DNA of 61,728 bases, filler included, from Deltaproteobacteria bacterium (GCA_030698575.1; 12 parts of 12 records of this genome joined end to end with filler, not necessarily neighbours in it), one strand, 5' to 3'. Positions 31,259-41,498 are shown, numbered from the whole stretch's first letter. Translations and numbers: made by a program. The notes: generated from the sequence alone by a model not told the origin.

Positions 31259-31833
31259 CGTACACCTTCGTTCGGCGCCCCAGGGCCGCCCCCGTTGCCC
31301 CCAGGCCCCGCCGGCGGAAGTACCCGGCTCGCAGGCGCCTCAAGCACCGCCACCCGCCGCGTCGGCTCTGGCAGGTAGAAGACCACGCGGGCGTCAATCG
31401 GGCCGCCGTCCTTGCCGGTGTGTTCAACGCGCTCCTTTCGGCCCCAGCGTTCCGGATGCTTCCGCTCAAGATGCCAGGCATTCGCGGTCCATTCGGGGGC
31501 GAGCAGCCGCTCCTCAGTGACCACGGCCCCATCGGCCTTCGTCGTGGTGCGCCGGTAGGACACTTCGCCCCCGGTTCCTGCCTTCGCAATCAGCGCGATG
31601 CGGCGCAGTTCGTCCTCAGCCTCGGCCTTCCTTATTCGGGTTGCGAAGCTCGCATAGGGTTCCATCCGGCGACGCTCTTTCGATCGTCCCTCTCCACGCC
31701 GCACCCATTCCTCAGCCGCCTCTTCACTGATACCCAAGCGACGCGCCGACACGCCCACACACGCCCCTGCCCGGACCCCCTGCTCGCTCGCATCGGCGAT
31801 GTCTGGCGTAAGCTACGTCGGGCGACCGGCCAT
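31255..31833 (-). pseudogene. terminase small subunit-like HTH protein with an in-frame TAG at codon 7
   Basis: TGATG-coupled start; MAGRPT*LTP; HTH; AWHLERKHPERWG..VEHTGKDGGPI tail typical of TerS. Confidence 0.7.
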
Positions 31834-32891
31834 CAGTGCACCTGGAGCGCTGGGGTTGGAATTGAACCGCCCTCTTCCGCCTGGTAATTGCTGCCATGAA
31901 GCGTCTCAGCTACTGTCAGCGCAATAGCCCGCATGAAGAGCGGTGGGACGCTGTTGCCGATGCGCTCCTGAATCTGCTTTCTAACTCCCGGCCATGCCCA
32001 CGCATCCGGAAATGATTGAAGACGTGACAGTTCCCGGAGCATCATCTTCCTCGGCTCAGTGGGATGATATACACCTCCGTTACCTTCTGACTTGACAATG
32101 CTATTGGACGGCTTCCTGATCGTAAGGCGCTTCACGCTCTGGAGCTTCCCGACTGAACCTCCCTGGCCAGCCGCGCGCCAGTAGCCGGCATAGAGCGGCG
32201 TCAATATGAGGCTTCCGTCAGCCCGGTGAAGTGGTGCGCCCGGCAGTGCATCCGCAACAACGTAGCGGTCACGCAACGGATCAGGATGCCGGATGCCGGA
32301 TGCCGGATGCCGGATGCCTATGAAGATCACCCGATCTCTTGACTGCGGCACGCCGAAATGCTTGGCGTTCAGGAGTCGGCATCGAACCTCATACCCGCTC
32401 TCCTTAAGTTCCCGCATGCATTCCGCGAAGATGAGCTTCATCTTGCCCTTGACCATTCCAGGCACGTTCTCCATCACGAATGCGCGAGGCCGGAAGGCCC
32501 GGAGGAGTCGCACATATTCCCGGAAGAGTTGGTTCCTCATGTCCGTGAAGTCCCGCTTACCGGCTGTGCTGAAGCCCTGACATGGCGGACTACCATTGAG
32601 CACGTCAAGCTGCCCCGGCTCTATGTCCGCAAGCCCGATCGCCTCCGCGTCCGTCAGTTTCATGATGTCGCCATGATAGACCGGCACACCAGGAAAGTTG
32701 GCGCGGAACGTCTCAACCGCGTGAGCATCCCACTCGACCGCGAGAATCTCACGATACCCCGCCATGGAGTAGCCCAGGCTTGATCCACCGCACCCCGCGA
32801 AGAGGCTCACGACCGTCAACGCATCTGACGCTCTCGGCGCGAGGTGCTGCGCCCATGCCTCATTCAGCGTCTCAACATAGTTCAGCCTCAC
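31833..32891 (-). CDS. DNA (cytosine-5)-methyltransferase
   Basis: FAGCGG (I), GSPPCQGFS (IV), ENV (VI), QSRDR (VIII), RELSRLQSFP (IX) and IGNSVP (X); GTG start overlaps the ParB-like stop. Confidence 0.95.
   Translation of the reverse strand: MRLNYVETLNEAWAQHLAPRASDALTVVSLFAGCGGSSLGYSMAGYREILAVEWDAHAVETFRANFPGVPVYHGDIMKLTDAEAIGLADIEPGQLDVLNGSPPCQGFSTAGKRDFTDMRNQLFREYVRLLRAFRPRAFVMENVPGMVKGKMKLIFAECMRELKESGYEVRCRLLNAKHFGVPQSRDRVIFIGIRHPASGIRHPDPLRDRYVVADALPGAPLHRADGSLILTPLYAGYWRAAGQGGSVGKLQSVKRLTIRKPSNSIVKSEGNGGVYHPTEPRKMMLRELSRLQSFPDAWAWPGVRKQIQERIGNSVPPLFMRAIALTVAETLHGSNYQAEEGGSIPTPALQVH
31843..31887 (-). other. tRNA 3'-half-like element (T-arm, acceptor strand and CCA)
   Basis: Minus strand TTACCAGGCGGAAGAGGGCGGTTCAATTCCAACCCCAGCGCTCCA; no matching 5' half. 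Confidence 0.55.
32284..32318. repeat. perfect heptanucleotide SSR (GGATGCC)x5 inside the methyltransferase
   Basis: Five exact copies starting at 32284, 32291, 32298, 32305 and 32312. Confidence 0.95.
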
Positions 32892-33461
32892 GCCGGAAAC
32901 ACCTCGCCGCACTTCGGGCATGTTGTCATCTTCACGTTGTCCGCGATGCTCTCATCGAGGTCAACCCCTGCGGCCTTCTCGGCTTCCCGAGTCAATTCAG
33001 AGAGCAGCGCGTCTACATCATCACCGCCAAACCCCGTACCTGTGAGGCAATCCTGCGCCGCCAAGTCGGAGAGCAGCGCGGCCAGCTCCTGCTCGTCCCA
33101 CGCCCCCAGGATCGTCGTCTGATTATCAGCGATCAAGAAGGATTCCGCCTCCACGGGCGACCGGAAGGCGACGCCGGCCACTACAGGGACGAGCCAGCGA
33201 TCCCCCTCGACCTTGATTCGGGCCGGCGGGGGCTGGCCGCTCGCCTTGCGCTGCTGAAGGGCGTCCACGCGACCGTGCCCGGCCACGAGGCGTCCGGTGG
33301 CATCGTCCACGATGATCGGCGAGACGAAGCCGAAGCGGTCGAGGGATGCCTGGATGGCGCCCAAGTCGTGCCCCTTCGGGTTGCGCGGGGCGCGGAGAAG
33401 GGTGGCGAGGTCGCGGTATTCTAGGCGGATACCATCGGCGAGGATCTGGGCAAGCGGAGAG
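32888..33461 (-). CDS. ParB/Srx N-terminal domain protein with C-terminal CPxCG (5' partial)
   Basis: PRNPKGH, SLDRFGF..PI, AGHGR, IADN, WDEQEL and TCPKCG. Confidence 0.85.
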
Positions 33462-33561
33462 NNNNNNNNNNNNNNNNNNNNNNNNNNNNNNNNNNNNNNN
33501 NNNNNTTAATTAATTAANNNNNNNNNNNNNNNNNNNNNNNNNNNNNNNNNNNNNNNNNNNN

Positions 33562-33756
33562 TGCGAGCCGGAGTGTCCCTGGGAGGCGATCTTCGAGGAC
33601 AGCGCGGTCCCGGACGTCTTCAAGGATGACATCGAGCTGAACGTGCGCATGACGGACTCGAAGGATCTTTTCCGTGTTCCCGAGGCTGAGGAGCGGGATC
33701 GCCCGACGCCGGAGCAGATCGCAGAGAACAAGAAGAAGTGGGGGTTCGAGGGTTGA
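33562..33756 (+). CDS. ferredoxin (7Fe/8Fe type), C-terminal part
   Basis: Hand translation CEPECPWEAIFEDSAVP...NKKKWGFEG*. Confidence 0.8.
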   Translation, partial: CEPECPWEAIFEDSAVPDVFKDDIELNVRMTDSKDLFRVPEAEERDRPTPEQIAENKKKWGFEG

Positions 33757-34730
33757 GGGCTGTCCTCATCCGCGAGCCGGGAGGGCCGGATGCGCTCGTT
33801 GTCGCGGAAGTTTCCGACCCCGCGCCCGGCGAAGGAGAGATACTCGTCCGGAACAGGGCCACGGCGCTCAACCGCGCCGACGTCCTGCAGCGAATGGGGT
33901 TCTATCCGCCACCGCCCGGCGCAAGCGAGGTGCCCGGCCTCGAATGCGCCGGCGAGGTCGAGTCGCTTGGAGCGGGGGTATCCGGCTTCACTTCCGGCGA
34001 TCGCGTCTTCGCGCTGCTGGCCGGCGGCGGCTACGCCGAAAAGGTAGTCGTGCCTGCCCCCGTCGTCATGCGCATCCCCGATCGGCTCGACTTCGAGCAT
34101 GCAGCCGCCGTTCCCGAAGTTTTCACCACCGCCTATGACAACCTCGTCAATCACGGCCGGATTCAATCAGGCGAATGGGCGCTCGTGCATGGCGGCGGCA
34201 GCGGCGTAGGCACCGCGAGCATCCAGTTGCTCAAGCGGCGGGGGGCGAAGGTTGCCGTCACTGTGGGCTCGAAAGAAAAGGCCGAACGCTGTCTCGCGCT
34301 GGGGGCCGACGCGGCCATCAATTACAAGGAAGAGGATTTCGCGGAAGCCGCCCGCGCCGCCACGGGCGGGCGGGGTGTGAACGTCATTCTGGACATCATC
34401 GGAGCTGCTTACCTCGAAGGAAATCTGAAGTGCCTGGCCCCCGATGGGCGCCTTGTCATCATAGGCGCCATGGGCGGACTGCAGAGCGAGATCAATCTGG
34501 GGCTGATGCTCGGGAAGCGGCTCTCCATTCAGGCCACAACGCTGCGCGCGCGGCCGGTGGAGTACAAGGCGCGACTCGCGCGCCAGCTCGAGGCCGACGT
34601 TCTGCCGGGCCTCGCCGACGGCTCACTCGTGCCGGTGGTTGATCGGATCTTCGATCTGGACGGGGTCGCCGACGCTCATCGTCTCATGGAATCGAACGCG
34701 CACTTCGGAAAGATCGTTCTCCGCATCTAG
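33753..34730 (+). CDS. NAD(P)H-quinone oxidoreductase, PIG3/zeta-crystallin family
   Basis: NRADVLQRMG.YPPP, GGGYAE, HGGGSGVGT and HFGKIVL; TTG start overlaps the ferredoxin stop. Confidence 0.92.
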   Translation: MRAVLIREPGGPDALVVAEVSDPAPGEGEILVRNRATALNRADVLQRMGFYPPPPGASEVPGLECAGEVESLGAGVSGFTSGDRVFALLAGGGYAEKVVVPAPVVMRIPDRLDFEHAAAVPEVFTTAYDNLVNHGRIQSGEWALVHGGGSGVGTASIQLLKRRGAKVAVTVGSKEKAERCLALGADAAINYKEEDFAEAARAATGGRGVNVILDIIGAAYLEGNLKCLAPDGRLVIIGAMGGLQSEINLGLMLGKRLSIQATTLRARPVEYKARLARQLEADVLPGLADGSLVPVVDRIFDLDGVADAHRLMESNAHFGKIVLRI

Positions 34731-34751
34731 GGGCGCACCACCGCCGGCAGA

Positions 34752-34985
34752 TCAGTTGCCGGTGGTCGCGATATTGTCGGCATCTTCGTAACGCTTTGTA
34801 TCGCTGTTCTTCGCTCTGTCCATGCTGTGCTCGACGCGGTCCTTCAGCGTAGTGTTCTCGCCGGACTTCACCACGCCCATCTTCACAAGCACGCCTCCAA
34901 AGGCTCCTTGCTCACCCTTCGTCGTGAACTCGACGGCGAAGGCGACGAGAACGAGGAACAGAATAAACTTCACCAGAGTCTTCAC
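34752..34985 (-). CDS. small membrane-anchored hypothetical protein
   Basis: GGAGG RBS; N-terminal hydrophobic helix. Confidence 0.6.
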   Translation of the reverse strand: MKTLVKFILFLVLVAFAVEFTTKGEQGAFGGVLVKMGVVKSGENTTLKDRVEHSMDRAKNSDTKRYEDADNIATTGN

Positions 34986-35130
34986 GGCTACCTCCCAAGC
35001 GGGTTTCCCCGCGTGGCCGAACGGGCTTTCCCGCCCAGCCGAACTGCGGGCCGGGGGTCAATCGCATCAATAAGATCGGCCTGATCGGGCGGGGACTTAA
35101 GGGCGGGGCGGGGTAGCCGGGAGCGGAGGC

Positions 35131-35685
35131 CTAACGGCGGCGGGGCCGCGGGAACAAAAGATCGCGCACGAAGGGATAAAGCCCGCCGCCCCGGATGTAG
35201 ACGGGGGAGGCGCGGGGGGCGGGACGCCGGGCGCGGCTTTCCGCTTCGTGAATCATCCGGCGGGAGTCCGGGCGCGGATCGGCGGCGGCGGACCAGTGGA
35301 GGCGTGCGCGCGTGCGCGCCGAAACTTCGACCCCCCCTGCCCAGTACATGAAGCCGAGCCAGAGGGCCTTCGAAGGCCGCAGGGCGAGAAGCGAGAGAAG
35401 GCCGGCGATGAGCGCGACAGAGAATTCAGGTGGGATCGGGCCGTTCATGCCCGTGCCGGTGACGAACATCCAGATGAAAATGGCGAGCGCGCCGAGGAAG
35501 CCGATCGAATGCGCGATCCAGGTCGGCGTGGTCCAGTCGCCCACCCATTGCTCGTACACCAGTCCGCAGCGGGGACAGGCCGGAAGGAACGCGAACCAGC
35601 CGCGGAAGAGACGTCCTTTCCCGCAGCAGGGGCAACGGGTGAGGATCGTGCTTACGAAGAGAATTCTCAGGAATGTCATGGTCAC
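35131..35685 (-). CDS. DUF983-like zinc-ribbon membrane protein
   Basis: RCPCCGKGRLF...CPRCG followed by two TMs and LRPSK. Confidence 0.7.
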   Translation of the reverse strand: MTMTFLRILFVSTILTRCPCCGKGRLFRGWFAFLPACPRCGLVYEQWVGDWTTPTWIAHSIGFLGALAIFIWMFVTGTGMNGPIPPEFSVALIAGLLSLLALRPSKALWLGFMYWAGGVEVSARTRARLHWSAAADPRPDSRRMIHEAESRARRPAPRASPVYIRGGGLYPFVRDLLFPRPRRR

Positions 35686-35788
35686 ACCGCACTCCGGCCC
35701 GTAAGTGTACCGCAGCTCCCAAGATCCCTGCTTGTTGTGATCGACCCGGGTTGCGGCTAGATTGAGGTTTCCTCCCGCCGGAGCCTCG

Positions 35789-37600
35789 ATGCGCCTTCGG
35801 ATCCACAGGCGAATCAAACTATCCGAACAGACTCAGATGCTCCTCCTCGGCATGGGGACGGGTGTCGTGGTGGGTTATGCCGCGGTGCTCTTCATCCTGT
35901 TGATTGAACTGATGCAGGTCGCCTTCTTCGGCGAGTCCGGAAAGCTCTTCGAGGTTCTGCAGTATACTCCCTGGTACCGGATCGTCCTGGTGCCGGCGCT
36001 GGGCGGCCTGGCGGCGGGCATGGCGATACAGTTCCTGGCGCCCGAGGCCCGGGGTCACGGCGTTTCCGAAGTCATGGAGGCCATCGCGCTCGAGGGGGGC
36101 GTCATCCGCGGGCGGGTGGCCCTCGTCAAGACCCTCGCGTCGGCCTTCACGCTCGGTTCTGGCGGAGCCGTGGGGCGCGAGGGGCCGATCGTGCAGATCG
36201 GGGCGGCGATCGCTTCGAAAATCGGCCAGGTCTTCGGCGCGAACTCCCGCCAGCTCACCACACTGGCCGGTTGCGGCGCGGCAGCGGGAATCGCGGCGAT
36301 CTTCAACGCGCCCATCGCAGGGGCGATCTTCTCGCTCGAAGTGATACTCGGCGATTTCGGTTTGGCGACTTTTGCGCCAATTGTGCTTGCATCGGTCATG
36401 GGCACCGTCGTTGCCCAGTCCCAGCTCGGCAACTACCCCTCTTTCGAAGCGCCGGCCTACAAGTTCGAATCGCTGTTCATCGAAGTGCCTCTTTTCATGG
36501 TGCTGGGGATCCTGGCGGGGCTTCTTTCAGTCGCCTTCATCCGGGCGCTGGAGCATTCCGAGGACAGCTTCACGCGGCTCAGGGTCTGGGAGCCGCTGAA
36601 GGCTGCAATTGGCGGGCTGATGGTCGGACTCATCGGTCTTGCCGTGCCGCACGTGATGGGGGGCGGCTATTCGGTCATGACGGCGGCGCTTTTCGATCGC
36701 CTGCCCTGGATGCTGCTCTGCTCCCTCATCGTTCTGAAGCTTGTCGCGACCTCCATCACCGTTGGCTCGGGGGGGTCGGGCGGCACCTTCGCTCCGGCGC
36801 TGTTTCTCGGCGTGGCGCTGGGCGGGGCCTTCGGGCAGCTGGCTCAGATTCTCTTTCCCGCGCACACGGGATCTCCCGGCGCATACGCGCTGGTCGGCAT
36901 GGGAGCGGTTCTGGCGGGAGCGGCCCAGGCGCCTCTCACGGCGCTGCTGCTGGCCTTCGAGGTCACCAACAGCTATCAGACGATCCTCCCGGTGATGATC
37001 GCCTGCTCCATCAGCGCCATCATCACACGGCGGTACGCGCGCGAGTCGATCTATACGATGAAGCTCGCCAGGCGCGGCATCGACATCCGTGCGGGTCGGG
37101 AGGTTCACGTCCTGCGGGCCCTCAAGGTGTCGGGCGTCATGAATCGGCAAGTCACCTGCGTTCAGGAGAGCATGAAGTTCGGAGAGCTTCTGGAGTTCGT
37201 TTCACACACCCGCTATGGTGACTTTCCGGTCCTCAACGCCGACGGCAAACTCTCGGGTGTGATCAGCTTCCAGGACTACAAGGAAGTCGCCCTCGAGCAG
37301 GGGCTGGAGGACGTCATCATCGTGCGGGAACTGATGAACTCCGACGTGGTGACGGTGACGGAGCGGGACGATCTAGACGTGGCGTTGCAGCGCGTCGCCT
37401 CCCGCGACTTCGAGCAGATCCCCGTGGTTGCCGCCGACGATCCCAGGCGTGTCGTGGGCATGCTTTCGCGGCGCGACATCCTGATCGCCTACAACAAGGC
37501 CCTGCTGCAATTGCGGTCGCCAGCGCCTCCCTCCGGCGAGCCTGGCCCCGGCAAGCCTGCCGGCGAGGGCGCCGCAGTTAAGGATCGAACCGATCGATGA
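35789..37600 (+). CDS. ClC chloride/H+ antiporter with a CBS pair
   Basis: GHGVSE, GREGP, FNAP, GGTFAP and SIYT motifs; two CBS domains. Confidence 0.95.
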   Translation: MRLRIHRRIKLSEQTQMLLLGMGTGVVVGYAAVLFILLIELMQVAFFGESGKLFEVLQYTPWYRIVLVPALGGLAAGMAIQFLAPEARGHGVSEVMEAIALEGGVIRGRVALVKTLASAFTLGSGGAVGREGPIVQIGAAIASKIGQVFGANSRQLTTLAGCGAAAGIAAIFNAPIAGAIFSLEVILGDFGLATFAPIVLASVMGTVVAQSQLGNYPSFEAPAYKFESLFIEVPLFMVLGILAGLLSVAFIRALEHSEDSFTRLRVWEPLKAAIGGLMVGLIGLAVPHVMGGGYSVMTAALFDRLPWMLLCSLIVLKLVATSITVGSGGSGGTFAPALFLGVALGGAFGQLAQILFPAHTGSPGAYALVGMGAVLAGAAQAPLTALLLAFEVTNSYQTILPVMIACSISAIITRRYARESIYTMKLARRGIDIRAGREVHVLRALKVSGVMNRQVTCVQESMKFGELLEFVSHTRYGDFPVLNADGKLSGVISFQDYKEVALEQGLEDVIIVRELMNSDVVTVTERDDLDVALQRVASRDFEQIPVVAADDPRRVVGMLSRRDILIAYNKALLQLRSPAPPSGEPGPGKPAGEGAAVKDRTDR

Positions 37601-39882
37601 TGAACCGGATGAGCGGAACTGAGTTCCTCGATCAGCTCAACCCGCCCCAGCGGGAAGCGGTGACGTACGGGGGCGGCCCGCTGCTCATCGTGGCTGGCGC
37701 AGGAAGTGGCAAGACCCGGGTGCTCACCTATCGCATCGCATACCTTGTCCGCCATCTCGGCGTTGATCCCGGGCGCATTCTCGCGACCACTTTCACGAAC
37801 AAGGCGGCAGGGGAGATGAAAAACCGCGCGCGGGCGCTCCTGGGAACCGCGGCCGGCGATCTCTGGGTCGGAACCTTTCACTCCACCTGCACGCGGATCC
37901 TCAGAAAGGATATCCATCACCTCGGTTACTCACCCGGGTTCGTCATCTACGACGAAAAGGACACCGAGAGCCTCGCCAAGGAAGCGCTGCGGCGTTGCGA
38001 TCTCGACGAGAAGATTTACACCCCGAGCGCCATGCGCTGGCAGATCGATCGCGCCAAGAACGACTGCCTCGGTCCCGAGGGGCTTGCCGCCAGCGCTGAC
38101 CGCGCCTTCGGCCCGCAGGTGACCCGCGTCTACGAGGTCTACCAGCAACTCCTCCGTGAGAACAACGCGCTCGATTTCGGCGATTTAATCCGCCTGACCG
38201 TGATGCTCTTCGAGCGTTTCCCGAAAGTCGTCGAGTGGTATCGTGAGAAGTGGGAACACGTGCTGGTCGACGAATACCAGGACACCAACATGGCGCAGTA
38301 CCGGCTTGTGCGCCTTCTCGCCGCAGGGCAACAGAATCTCTGCTGCGTCGGGGATGAGGATCAGAACATCTACTCCTGGCGGGGGGCCACGATCCGCAAC
38401 ATCCTCGACTTCGAGAAAGATTTCCCCGGCGCGCACGTGGTGAAGCTCGAGGAGAATTACCGTTCGACCAACGCCATCCTGCAGGCGGCGGGGGCGGTGG
38501 TGGCCCGAAACCGGAGGCGGCGCGAGAAGTCGCTCTGGACCTCCCGTTCAGGGGGGCATCCGGCAACCCTCTACCAGGCGCCGAACGAGTTCGAGGAGGC
38601 TCGCTACGTCGTGAGGGAGATCGGCAAGCTGCGGCGCGAGGGTTTCCGGGCCGGAGATTTCGCCATCTTTTACCGCACCAACGCCCAGTCGCGCGTGATC
38701 GAGGAGTGCCTGCTCGCGGATAATTACGCCTACACCGTCGTGGGGGGGGTGAAGTTCTACGCCCGCGCCGAGGTCAAGGATCTGCTCGCCTACATGCGGG
38801 TGCTGCACAATCCGCTCGACGCCGTGGGACTGAAACGAATCATAAATTCGCCCCCGCGAGGCATCGGCAAGACCACCATTGCGCGCGCAGAAGATCTGGC
38901 CCGCGAGAGGGGCCTGCACCTCGCCGACGCGCTCCGCGCCCTGGTCGAGGATGAGAGGACCGGTGCAGCGGCCCGGCGGAAGGTGGGGGATTTTCTGGCG
39001 TCACTCCGCGAGCTGCAAAAGGAGGCGGGTACGCTCCTTCCGAGCGCCCTTCTACAGCAGATCATCGCCCGCAGCGGCTACGTCGACAAGCTTCGCCATC
39101 AGGACACGCCCGAGAGCCTGTCCCGCATCGAGAACATCGACGAGCTGGTCACCAGCATCTATGCCTTTGAGGAGAACACGCCCGATGCGACCCTGGGGAT
39201 CTATCTGGATCAGATCTCGCTCGTAGCCGACGTCGACAGCCTGGACGAGACCGCCGACCGCGTCGTGCTCATGACGGTCCATTCCGCCAAGGGCCTCGAG
39301 TTTCCCGTGGTGTTCATGCTGGGGATGGAAGAAACCCTATTCCCCCACAGCCTCTCCCGGGACGATCCGGAAGCGGTCGAGGAGGAGCGGCGGCTATGCT
39401 ACGTCGGCATGACCCGCGCGAAGGACCGTCTCTATCTGAGCCACGCCGTGTCGCGCCGCGTATTCGGAAGCCTTCGGTTCAACGATCCGTCCCGCTTCCT
39501 GGCGGAGATCCCGGAGGAACTCCTCGATTCGCAGGTAGCCGCGGATCGCGGGTGGGCCGCGCCAGAGCGATCGCCCGCGCGCCCGGTGATCCATCGGCCC
39601 GGCGCCTCTTCATCCCGGCCGCTGCGAAGGAAGCCGCAGGACGGCGAGCGCGTGATCGATTACAGTTTTGATCAATCGAGCGACTACGGCGATGAGCCGG
39701 GCGACGGGAATGCCGGCGTGCCGGCGCTGGAGGCGGGCGACCGGGTTTCGCATCCCAATCTCGGGCGCGGCACCGTTGAGCGGCTCGAAGGCGAAGGACG
39801 GCGAACCCGCGTGGTGGTTCGATTCGAGCGCGGCGGAACCCGGACCTTGATGCTGGCGTACTCGGAGCTTGAGATCGTATAG
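37597..39882 (+). CDS. pcrA: ATP-dependent DNA helicase UvrD/PcrA
   Basis: AGAGSGKT, DEYQD, GDEDQ, NYRS, HSAKGLEF, EERRL.YV..TRA and C-terminal Tudor-like domain. Confidence 0.95.
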   Translation: MMNRMSGTEFLDQLNPPQREAVTYGGGPLLIVAGAGSGKTRVLTYRIAYLVRHLGVDPGRILATTFTNKAAGEMKNRARALLGTAAGDLWVGTFHSTCTRILRKDIHHLGYSPGFVIYDEKDTESLAKEALRRCDLDEKIYTPSAMRWQIDRAKNDCLGPEGLAASADRAFGPQVTRVYEVYQQLLRENNALDFGDLIRLTVMLFERFPKVVEWYREKWEHVLVDEYQDTNMAQYRLVRLLAAGQQNLCCVGDEDQNIYSWRGATIRNILDFEKDFPGAHVVKLEENYRSTNAILQAAGAVVARNRRRREKSLWTSRSGGHPATLYQAPNEFEEARYVVREIGKLRREGFRAGDFAIFYRTNAQSRVIEECLLADNYAYTVVGGVKFYARAEVKDLLAYMRVLHNPLDAVGLKRIINSPPRGIGKTTIARAEDLARERGLHLADALRALVEDERTGAAARRKVGDFLASLRELQKEAGTLLPSALLQQIIARSGYVDKLRHQDTPESLSRIENIDELVTSIYAFEENTPDATLGIYLDQISLVADVDSLDETADRVVLMTVHSAKGLEFPVVFMLGMEETLFPHSLSRDDPEAVEEERRLCYVGMTRAKDRLYLSHAVSRRVFGSLRFNDPSRFLAEIPEELLDSQVAADRGWAAPERSPARPVIHRPGASSSRPLRRKPQDGERVIDYSFDQSSDYGDEPGDGNAGVPALEAGDRVSHPNLGRGTVERLEGEGRRTRVVVRFERGGTRTLMLAYSELEIV

Positions 39883-40002
39883 TGCCTACCCCCGCCGGCC
39901 CCNNNNNNNNNNNNNNNNNNNNNNNNNNNNNNNNNNNNNNNNNNNNTTAATTAATTAANNNNNNNNNNNNNNNNNNNNNNNNNNNNNNNNNNNNNNNNNN
40001 NN

Positions 40003-40440
40003 TTCTCCGACGCAGGCCGGCGTCGCAAGGAACAACCAGCCAGGAATCCCATCGCAGTCGTTCGCTAGCTTGACCTCCGGGTGGTAGTGGGAATCGAGAA
40101 GTGCAAAAAAGATCAAATTCGGCTCGACTCGAAGTTCGTCGTCAAAACCCACCTCCTTGAACAACCCCGTCCGCCGGAGGGCGAGCAACAGCAGATCGGC
40201 TCTCGTTCGAAGCCTTATTCGAGGATCAGTCCATCCACGGGTGGGCGCATCGGGATACCAGACTGCGGCGATCAACCTCGGGAAGGAGTTTTCCGACAGC
40301 AAACGTTCTTCGCTCGGCTTCAACGGATCAGGGGCTCGATAGGCACGACAGCCAGAGAACTGCACAGCGACCGTTCCAAGTCCGAGAAAGCAGAAGATAG
40401 ACAGCAGGGTGGTCCACGGCCCACTAACAGATCGCACCAT
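40003..40440 (-). CDS. hypothetical lipoprotein (3' partial)
   Basis: Hydrophobic N-terminus with FSGC lipobox-like site; lower GC than neighbours. Confidence 0.45.
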
Positions 40441-40469
40441 TTGTCTACACCACACGGGACAGTTGACAC

Positions 40470-41498
40470 TCAAGGGAACAGGGGGAGCTGCGTCAGGCCG
40501 GCGGTCTCGTCGAGACCGAGCATGAGGTTCATGTTCTGGACGGCGACGCCGGAGGCCCCCTTCACGAGGTTGTCGATCGCCGTGACGATCACGCACCTGC
40601 CCGTGCGCGGGTCGTCCTTGTAGCCGATGAAGCAGAGGTTCGAACCGAGCACGTGCCCGGTCGCGGGCACGATCCCGTCGGGAAGAACGCGCACGAAGGG
40701 CTCGCCCTTGTAGGCCGCCTCGTAGGCCTCGGCGAGGCGCGCGCCCTTCCGCGGGCGAACGTAGATGGTCGAGAGGATGCCCCGGTCCATCGGGATGAGA
40801 TGGGGCGTGAAGCTGATGACAATGGGGTTGCCCGCCGCAGCGCTCAGCGCCTGCTCGATCTCGGGCATGTGCCGGTGCTCACCCACCTTGTAGGCCTTCA
40901 CGCTGCCGCTCACCTCCGAGAAGAGATTGTCCACCACGGCGCCGCGCCCGGCTCCCGAAACGCCGGACTTGGCGTCGACGATGATCTCATTCGGCTCGAT
41001 GAGGTCCTCCCGCAGAAGCGGAGCAAGCGCGAGGATCGCGCCCATGGGATAGCAGCCGGGATTCGCCACGAGGGCGGCCCTGCCGATCGCCTCGCGGTGC
41101 AGTTCCGGGACGCCGTAGACCGCCTTGCCGAGCAGATCGGGCCGGCTGTGGGGCCCGTAGGTGGCCTCGAAGAGGGCGCGGTCACGCAGGCGGAAGTCGG
41201 CGGAGAGGTCCACCACGCGTTTCCCGGCGTCGTGGATGGCGCCCACCGCCTCCATCGAGGTGCCGTGCGGGAGGGCGGTAAAAACGAGATCGGCCGTCTT
41301 CGCCAGGGCGGCCGGGTCGAGGGCTCGGCAGACGAGCCCTGTGGCCCCCGTGAGGCCCGGGAAGACGTCGGTGATCGGCCGGCCGTCGTGCTTCTCGCTG
41401 GTCACGGCGGTGACCTCGACGCCGGGATGCCTGAGGAGGATACGCAGCAGCTCGATGCCCGTGTAGCCGCTTGCACCCGCGATCGCGACGCGCGCCAT
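40470..41498 (-). CDS. argC: N-acetyl-gamma-glutamyl-phosphate reductase
   Basis: GASGYTG, DLSADFR, ANPGCY, SGVSGAG and DNLVKGA; GGAGG RBS. Confidence 0.97.
   Translation of the reverse strand: MARVAIAGASGYTGIELLRILLRHPGVEVTAVTSEKHDGRPITDVFPGLTGATGLVCRALDPAALAKTADLVFTALPHGTSMEAVGAIHDAGKRVVDLSADFRLRDRALFEATYGPHSRPDLLGKAVYGVPELHREAIGRAALVANPGCYPMGAILALAPLLREDLIEPNEIIVDAKSGVSGAGRGAVVDNLFSEVSGSVKAYKVGEHRHMPEIEQALSAAAGNPIVISFTPHLIPMDRGILSTIYVRPRKGARLAEAYEAAYKGEPFVRVLPDGIVPATGHVLGSNLCFIGYKDDPRTGRCVIVTAIDNLVKGASGVAVQNMNLMLGLDETAGLTQLPLFP

Larger units (their letters stand above)
29919..33461 (-). mobile_element. phage/prophage fragment (ParB-like, C5-methyltransferase, terminase small subunit, small ORFs)
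   Basis: Tightly coupled minus-strand genes typical of the region before phage packaging genes; many short orphan ORFs. Confidence 0.75.

Noticed and set aside
31843-31920. Complete tRNA gene or amber suppressor for the terS TAG
   Set aside because: No 5' acceptor strand or D-arm is present, and the loop contains no CTA anticodon.
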